DNA of 64,000 nucleotides from Candidatus Gottesmanbacteria bacterium (GTDB lineage Bacteria; Patescibacteriota; Microgenomatia; UBA10105; UBA927): NCBI GenBank assembly GCA_023245335.1, contig JAHFKK010000001.1, positions 81,918 to 145,917 of the forward strand, read 5' to 3'. Shown piece by piece: positions 58,401 to 64,000 of this stretch (position 1 is its first letter; each line of letters starts with the position of its first letter). The notes under the pieces were generated by a model. It saw only the letters and a program-made list of their open reading frames with translations, ran no database searches and was not told where the DNA came from. The position numbers and the translations under genes were made by a program.

Positions 58401-59336
58401 TCAGTCCGCGTCCTCGATATATTTTTGCGCATCCATAGCCGCCATACAGCCCTGTCCGGCTGCGACAATCGCCTGGCGGTATCTTGGATCCACACAGTCG
58501 CCGGCCGCAAAAAGTCCGGGGACATTCGTTTCCGTCTGTGCGGTAAGCGCACCTGTTGGACGCTTCACTGTCACATACCCTTTGGCGTCCAAATCGACTA
58601 ACCCTTTCAAAAAGCTGGTACTCGGTTTATGCCCGATGGCGAGAAATACCCCCTGCGTAGGATAGGTCTTTGTTGTACCGGTAACGGTATCTTTCAGCCG
58701 TATGCCGGTGACGGCCGTAGCGCCGACAATCTCCTCTACCACCTGATTGGTAAGAAAAGTGATTTTTGGATCTTTTTTCGCCCGTTCCAGCATGATGGGG
58801 CTTGCACGAAATTCACTCCGCCTGTGGACAATCGTTACCTTCGATGCAAACTTTGTGAGAAATGTCGCCTCTTCCATGGCGGTATCTCCCCCGCCGATGA
58901 CGACGACCTCTTTCCCGCGAAAGAAAAATCCGTCGCAGGTCGCACACGCGGACACGCCTTTGCCGGCAAACGTCTGTTCACTGGGAAGCCCTAAATACAT
59001 CGCAGACGCACCGGTTGTAACAATCACGGTTTTTGCCTGCCATTCTCTTGCAGAGCTTTTTATGTGGAATATTCTGTCCTTCTTCTCTATGTGTTGTACT
59101 TCATCGGAGACTATCTCCGTCCCGAATCGTTTCACCTGATCCTGCATATCGATCATGAGCTGCGGCCCCATGATGCCCTTGGGAAAACCGGGGTAGTTAT
59201 CTACTTCTGTCGTTGTCGTGAGTTGTCCGCCGGGCTGGGTGCCGGATATGAGTGCGGTCTTTAGAAACGCACGCGAGGTATACAGTGCGGCCGTATACCC
59301 AGCGGGGCCGGATCCGATGATAACAACATCATACAT
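58401..59336 (-). CDS. trxB: Thioredoxin-disulfide reductase.
   Basis: MYDVVIIGSGPAGYTAA, the redox-active CATCDG, and the NADPH-binding GGGDTAMEEA. Confidence 0.9.
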   Translation of the reverse strand: MYDVVIIGSGPAGYTAALYTSRAFLKTALISGTQPGGQLTTTTEVDNYPGFPKGIMGPQLMIDMQDQVKRFGTEIVSDEVQHIEKKDRIFHIKSSAREWQAKTVIVTTGASAMYLGLPSEQTFAGKGVSACATCDGFFFRGKEVVVIGGGDTAMEEATFLTKFASKVTIVHRRSEFRASPIMLERAKKDPKITFLTNQVVEEIVGATAVTGIRLKDTVTGTTKTYPTQGVFLAIGHKPSTSFLKGLVDLDAKGYVTVKRPTGALTAQTETNVPGLFAAGDCVDPRYRQAIVAAGQGCMAAMDAQKYIEDAD

Positions 59337-59417
59337 ATACTATTGTCATTGCGAGGAGTTTTCGACGAAGCAATCCGGTCGCATCTGGATCGCCACGCTC
59401 GCTCGCGATGACGAGCG

Positions 59418-59735
59418 TCAATTGGTAAGCTTCCCTAATTCGCTCACAAGCGTCTCTTTGCTCTGGACGCCAATAAATTGTTTGACGACCGTACCATTTT
59501 TGAAAATCATAATCGTCGGGATGCTCATGATGCCGAACTTTTGGGCCACCACGGGATTTTCGTCGACGTTTAACTTCACGATCTTCGCTTTATCCCCGAG
59601 GCTCACTGCGACATCCTCTACTATCGGGCCTTGCACCTGGCATGGACCGCACCAGACCGCCCAAAAATCCACAAGAACGGGCTTATCTGTCTTCATGACT
59701 TCTGCGTCAAACGTCTGATCGGTTATATCTGCCAT
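59418..59735 (-). CDS. trxA: Thioredoxin.
   Basis: WCGPC active site (VDFWAVWCGPCQ). 105 aa. Confidence 0.9.
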   Translation of the reverse strand: MADITDQTFDAEVMKTDKPVLVDFWAVWCGPCQVQGPIVEDVAVSLGDKAKIVKLNVDENPVVAQKFGIMSIPTIMIFKNGTVVKQFIGVQSKETLVSELGKLTN

Positions 59736-59965
59736 AAATTCCTTTCTTAGTGACGCTTTACCGATATTTTTATCGGGGTTAGCGTCACTTAGACCCGCCA
59801 GAAAACGCTCTGTGAGCCACGCTACGAATAGTAGGTAAGGCGAACAGTAAGTTGCGGCGGGCAGCTCACATTTTTTAATTTAGGATTCTCAGTATACCAC
59901 CGGGATGTCTTCTGTAAACCCCGGTATTTTCATCTCGCTACAACGATCCGGACAGTATAGGTACC

Positions 59966-60172
59966 CTACTCTTTCACCGTATACCCCGCGGCCTTCACTG
60001 CTTGTTTTATCACATCTTCCGTCACCTTGGTAGGGTCGTATTCCACATCGACCGTGGCTTTCGCAAAACTGCAGGCCGCAGAAACACCGCGGTCTTCCAA
60101 CTCCCCTTCTATAAGCATCGCGCAACTCACGCAGTGCATACCGTCAATATGAAATGTTCTTTTTGTTTTCAT
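59966..60172 (-). CDS. copZ: Heavy-metal-associated (HMA) domain copper chaperone, CopZ-like, about 68 aa from the internal ATG.
   Basis: MKTKRTFHIDGMHCVSCAMLIEGEL... carries the MxCxxC metal-binding motif. Confidence 0.7.
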   Translation of the reverse strand: MKTKRTFHIDGMHCVSCAMLIEGELEDRGVSAACSFAKATVDVEYDPTKVTEDVIKQAVKAAGYTVKE

Positions 60173-60185
60173 ATGTGTTCTTCTG

Positions 60186-61196
60186 TCATTGTACAACGGT
60201 AAATGATCCGCCATACATGCCCATGCTGCAGCTGAACCCCAACTCACCTGTCTCATTTGGGGCGACGAACGTCAGCGTCTTTGTCGTTCCGAGCGGCACG
60301 ACCTGCCGCACCCCCAACTGCGGAATCGTAAATGCCTGGATGCAACCGCCTCCGGATGTATTAGTAAGCGTCAGGTTAATCGTCTCTCCCCGGCGGATCA
60401 CCTGATTATCAACCGTGTATCCGGAGCGGCTAAAGGTAATCACCGGAGTTTTGGTCGCTTCACCGGAATTGACGGTCTGCGAACAGAAAGAGAACGTACA
60501 GTAGACTGATGTAGCAATTGACCTAAGGGTCACGGGTGATCCGTAGAGCTGAAGGGCCGCATTCATATTGACGACGGCAAGTATGAAAATAAGCGATGCC
60601 GCAACGACACCAAACGCTCCTTTTAACGTTGCCTGTATGACGTCGATCGAAATTCCCAAGAGAAAAAAAAGCGGTGCAGTACCCACCACAAAGACGCTTA
60701 ATACTGCCATACCCCACAAAGGATTTCCTGTGGCAGCCGCAAGCGCCATCATGGCCTGCGTGGTACCGCAGGGAATGAATATGGAAAATAATCCAATGAA
60801 CGCTGGTGCAAATATGCCTCCGGATTTTGCTCTCCCTCGGATATATCGGGTCAGGAAACGCGGCGGCTGAATCACAAAATACCGGAATATCGGATGCACA
60901 TTGAGAAACGACAACGCCGTACCGACCATAAAAATAGATATAAACCCTAGCCCCACTGCCTGTACCCTGGGCGTTAGCTCAAATACGGAACCCAACCACC
61001 CAAGGACCGCTCCAAGCGCTGCATGAGAAATAAGCTTTGCGACAAGAAAAGCCGTGACACCGGGAGCCCGGGAGTTTACCGGGTGTGCCTCTTCATCTTG
61101 TGCAAGCGCGGTAGCAAGTAACCCCCCTTGGACGGCGGCACAGCTTAATCCCCCAGCGATGAGACCGGTCGTAAAAATCACCCAAAGATTCGGCAT
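60186..61196 (-). CDS. Polytopic membrane protein with a C-terminal cupredoxin-like domain. The copper-homeostasis context is assumed from its neighbours.
   Basis: About 8 TM segments with Cys in TM helices (GGLSCAAVQGG; FIPCGTTQAMM), then a soluble C-terminus ...GGGCIQAFTIPQLGV...FSCSMGMYGGSF resembling a type-1 copper site. Confidence 0.45.
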   Translation of the reverse strand: MPNLWVIFTTGLIAGGLSCAAVQGGLLATALAQDEEAHPVNSRAPGVTAFLVAKLISHAALGAVLGWLGSVFELTPRVQAVGLGFISIFMVGTALSFLNVHPIFRYFVIQPPRFLTRYIRGRAKSGGIFAPAFIGLFSIFIPCGTTQAMMALAAATGNPLWGMAVLSVFVVGTAPLFFLLGISIDVIQATLKGAFGVVAASLIFILAVVNMNAALQLYGSPVTLRSIATSVYCTFSFCSQTVNSGEATKTPVITFSRSGYTVDNQVIRRGETINLTLTNTSGGGCIQAFTIPQLGVRQVVPLGTTKTLTFVAPNETGELGFSCSMGMYGGSFTVVQ

Positions 61197-61298
61197 ACGT
61201 TGTATTGTAGTTGACTAAATGTACTTGACAAGCGGCAAGGACATGGTACGATAGCAAATATTATATCCCCCATGGGGGGATTAAGTAAAGGAGTCAAT

Positions 61299-61577
61299 AT
61301 GCCAAAAGGAAAACCCCGCGATCAATCGACTCAACACACGCTTTTGCACCGGCTGAAAATCGCCCGCGGACATCTGGACCGTGTCATACGCATGGTCGAA
61401 TCTGGCACCTACTGCATTGATGTCATCCATCAGTCGCTTGCAGTCCAGGCAGCCTTACGGAGTACCGACCAGGCCATACTCAAAAATCATCTGCAGACCT
61501 GTGTTGCGGACGCAATTCTCAAGGGTAATAAGGATGAAGTTATCGATGAAGTTATGAAGGTGATGGAAAAACAATAA
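61299..61577 (+). CDS. csoR: CsoR/RcnR-family metal-sensing transcriptional repressor (copper-sensitive operon repressor-like).
   Basis: An AAGGAG Shine-Dalgarno sequence lies 6-7 nt upstream of the ATG at 61299 (MPKGKPRDQ...). It carries the CsoR C-H-C metal-ligand pattern (YCIDVIHQ...TCV). Confidence 0.75.
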   Translation: MPKGKPRDQSTQHTLLHRLKIARGHLDRVIRMVESGTYCIDVIHQSLAVQAALRSTDQAILKNHLQTCVADAILKGNKDEVIDEVMKVMEKQ

Positions 61578-61580
61578 CCC

Positions 61581-61934
61581 ATGGATAAAACTATCATTAC
61601 CACACTCGGCTTGGCTACTATCGGAGCCATTTATTGGTTCTTTTTTGGGACAAAAGAGGAATCTCGAATAGTTTCAGACCACTGGGACATTGCTGTGCAA
61701 GGCGGCTATAAACCGGCGGCCATTCGGATTCCTCACGGCAAACCGGCTGCCATTACATTTACCCGGACTGATCCCAATACGTGTCTAGAGGAAGTGGTTA
61801 TGTCGGATTTCAAAATCAAGAAATTTTTGCCCATCAATACACCGGTCACCATACCACTCTCCCCCGCAAAGAAAGGCATCTACGAAATACACTGCGGGAT
61901 GAATATGTTTCATGGAAAAATTGTCGCTGTATGA
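61581..61934 (+). CDS. Membrane-anchored cupredoxin-like protein, 117 aa.
   Basis: An N-terminal TM segment ([16 protein letters not shown]) and a C-terminal copper-site-like HCGMNMFHG. It overlaps the copA start as ATGA. Confidence 0.55.
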   Translation: MDKTIITTLGLATIGAIYWFFFGTKEESRIVSDHWDIAVQGGYKPAAIRIPHGKPAAITFTRTDPNTCLEEVVMSDFKIKKFLPINTPVTIPLSPAKKGIYEIHCGMNMFHGKIVAV

Positions 61935-64000
61935 AAACTTCATTCCCCATTATAGGTATGCACTGCGCAAGTTGCGCCCGTCTTATAGAGCGACAGATGA
62001 AAAAGACGCCGGGCGTCATCGACGCTGCCGTCAACTATGGCAGCGAACAGGCATCCGTCGAATTTGATCCGACTTTATGTACCGTTTCAACCATTGCGAA
62101 ATCCATAGAATCCGCTGGGTATAAAGCAATCATTTCCTCCGATCGGCAAAAAACGCCCAATGATATAAAAGAGGAGGCAAAAAGAACTGAGCTTGCGGAT
62201 CTAAAAACTAAAGTCATCGTTTCCAGTATATTGAGTATCTTGATCTTACTTGGTAGCTTCCCCGAATGGTTTCCCTTCGTACCCCCCCTCTTAAATAATG
62301 CGTATATTCTCCTCGTCCTTACGTCACCGGTACAATTTTGGGTCGGCTGGAGATTTTACCAGGCGACATGGTCGGGACTTAAGAATCGAACCGCGAGTAT
62401 GGACACGCTTATAAGCGTTGGTACCTCGGCGGCGTTTGGATTTTCTCTCCTTACAACGCTTTTTAGCAGGCAACTCGCGGCATTGGGACTTCCCAACATT
62501 ATGTACTATGACACTGCAGCGGTTATCATCACCCTTATATTATTAGGAAGATTTTTTGAAGCCAAAGCCAAAGCGCACACGAGTGATGCCATCAAAAAAC
62601 TTCTCCATCTCCAGGCAAAGACAGCCCGCGTCGTACGCAACGGTGAGGAGATAAATATTCCGATCAAAGAAGTCAAAATCGGCGATATCATCCGTGTCCG
62701 CCCGGGAGAAAAAATTCCTGTCGACGGCACCATCACCGAAGGATCAAGCGCGATTGATGAATCCATGGTCACCGGAGAATCCATGCCTGTCGAAAAACGC
62801 TCAGGCGAGCCGGTTATCGGCGCCACAATGAATAAAACCGGGACCTTCTTGTTTCTCTCTACAAAGATCGGAGATGAAACCATGCTTTCCCGTATCGTCA
62901 AAATGGTTTCCGAGGCGCAAAGTACACGCGCGCCCATCCAGCGTCTGGCCGACGTCGTATCAGGATATTTTGTACCGATTGTCCTTATGCTTTCGGTCGT
63001 CACATTTCTCATCTGGTTTGATTTTGGACTACCCACACAGGCATTTGTCAACATGATTGCTGTCCTAATTATCGCCTGCCCCTGTGCGCTTGGGCTCGCA
63101 ACACCGACCGCGATCATGGTCGGCACTGGCCGTGGAGCAGAATATGGCGTCCTCATAAAGGATGCAGCGGTTTTGGAAACGGCGCATAAAATCGACATTG
63201 CCGTTTTTGATAAAACGGGCACACTCACACGTGGCAAACCCTCTGTCACCAACATTGTACCGATCGGAAAAACTACAGAAAATAATTTACTAATCCTCGC
63301 CGCCTCCCTCGAACAAGGGTCCGAACACGCGCTTGCCGAAGCAATCGTTTTGCGGGCGAAAAAACGAAAATTTCACCTATCGACTATGACAACGTTTGAA
63401 TCTGTTGCCGGTCACGGCGTACGCGGTATCGTTGATGGAAAACCACTCACACTGGGTAACCGGACATTTATGAAACGGGAATCTATTCCCTTTACCGCAC
63501 ACGAGAGAACTATTTCCACATTAGAATCTCAAGGAAAAACGGTGATGCTACTGGCTTCCGGGAAACAACTTCTCGGCCTCATTGCCGTCGCAGATACTCT
63601 GAAAGATGAAGCAAAGGAAATGGTAGCCTCTCTCAAAAAACTGCATATAGAAACCTGGATGATTACGGGAGACCATGAATCTACTGCGCGGGCAATTGCT
63701 CAACAAGCCGGAATCACCCATGTGTTAGCGGGCGTCCTCCCGCAACAAAAGTCAGATAAGATACAAGAGCTGAAACAATCAGGCGCTCACGTTGTGGCGT
63801 TTGCCGGTGATGGCGTCAACGACGCGCCGGCTCTCGCAAGCGCCGACATAGGGATAGCGATGGGAACCGGCACGGATGTCGCGATCGAATCAGCAGGAAT
63901 TACTCTTTTAAATAAAGATCTGCGAAGTATCGTTACCGCGGTAAGGCTCTCTAAGGCAACCTTATCCATCATCAAACAAAACCTTTTTTGGGCCTTCGCG
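61931..64000 (+). CDS. copA: Copper-translocating P1B-type ATPase. It is 3'-truncated by the window end and is absent from the ORF track.
   Basis: An N-terminal HMA domain ([12 protein letters not shown]), the TM CPC motif ([13 protein letters not shown]), the phosphorylation site DKTGTLT, and GDGVNDAP. Manual translation from the ATG at 61931. Confidence 0.9.
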   Translation, partial: MKTSFPIIGMHCASCARLIERQMKKTPGVIDAAVNYGSEQASVEFDPTLCTVSTIAKSIESAGYKAIISSDRQKTPNDIKEEAKRTELADLKTKVIVSSILSILILLGSFPEWFPFVPPLLNNAYILLVLTSPVQFWVGWRFYQATWSGLKNRTASMDTLISVGTSAAFGFSLLTTLFSRQLAALGLPNIMYYDTAAVIITLILLGRFFEAKAKAHTSDAIKKLLHLQAKTARVVRNGEEINIPIKEVKIGDIIRVRPGEKIPVDGTITEGSSAIDESMVTGESMPVEKRSGEPVIGATMNKTGTFLFLSTKIGDETMLSRIVKMVSEAQSTRAPIQRLADVVSGYFVPIVLMLSVVTFLIWFDFGLPTQAFVNMIAVLIIACPCALGLATPTAIMVGTGRGAEYGVLIKDAAVLETAHKIDIAVFDKTGTLTRGKPSVTNIVPIGKTTENNLLILAASLEQGSEHALAEAIVLRAKKRKFHLSTMTTFESVAGHGVRGIVDGKPLTLGNRTFMKRESIPFTAHERTISTLESQGKTVMLLASGKQLLGLIAVADTLKDEAKEMVASLKKLHIETWMITGDHESTARAIAQQAGITHVLAGVLPQQKSDKIQELKQSGAHVVAFAGDGVNDAPALASADIGIAMGTGTDVAIESAGITLLNKDLRSIVTAVRLSKATLSIIKQNLFWAFA

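Overview
This 64-kb window reads like a piece of a small, gene-dense genome from an uncultivated bacterium, possibly a CPR/Patescibacteria-type lineage. That assignment is an inference from giant-protein content, intron-bearing rRNA, the absence of 16S from the rRNA cluster within this window (outside it cannot be excluded), and the mix of glycosyltransferases.

Two properties of the supplied ORF track affect the reading. It shows GTG/TTG starts as 'M'. It also omits ORFs that run off the window edge, so two real genes are missing from it: a giant gene of at least 3,340 codons on the minus strand covering about 1-10,022, and a copA P-type ATPase entering the right edge at 61,931.

Main content, left to right:
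- Positions 1-10,022 (minus): one giant membrane-anchored protein gene.
- Positions 10.4-11 kb: a small membrane protein gene, then two tRNA-Ala genes that carry a shared 45-nt 3' trailer.
- Positions 11-17 kb (minus): a LysM/M23 peptidase; rho with an RGG-rich N-terminal extension; a YYY-domain (DUF2298) membrane protein; and one hypothetical.
- Positions 17-26 kb: a glycosylation island with an FAD oxidoreductase, three GT-C (PMT/ArnT-like) membrane glycosyltransferases, a SAM methyltransferase, a GT4 and a HAD hydrolase.
- Positions 26.7-29 kb: a yacL-like PIN/TRAM protein and radA.
- Positions 29.7-32.9 kb: ribosomal protein S1, one copy of a small conserved protein family paired with a glycine-zipper protein, and a TrmB regulator.
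- Positions 33-36.3 kb: an EamA (DMT) transporter, an XRE regulator and an AlkZ/YcaQ-like winged-helix protein.
- Positions 36.3-40.8 kb (minus): an rRNA segment made of tRNA-Ala(UGC), 23S and 5S with no 16S. The 23S is interrupted by two related group I introns at sites equivalent to E. coli L2593 and L1931.
- Positions 41.1-57.6 kb (minus): a co-directional locus of about 16 kb made almost entirely of uncharacterised genes. It holds five large hypothetical proteins (three forming a paralog family) alternating with three small acidic proteins; three tandem paralogous fused ABC exporter genes; and a cassette array of a conserved ~105-aa protein paired with variable proteins that end in a glycine-zipper tail. 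It lies directly downstream of gdhA and an FNR-like gene. This is the best candidate for an undescribed effector/immunity-plus-exporter type system.
- Positions 58.4-64 kb: trxB and trxA, then a copper-homeostasis cluster (copZ-like, a membrane-cupredoxin fusion, csoR, a cupredoxin, copA).

No CRISPR array, transposase or integrase was found.
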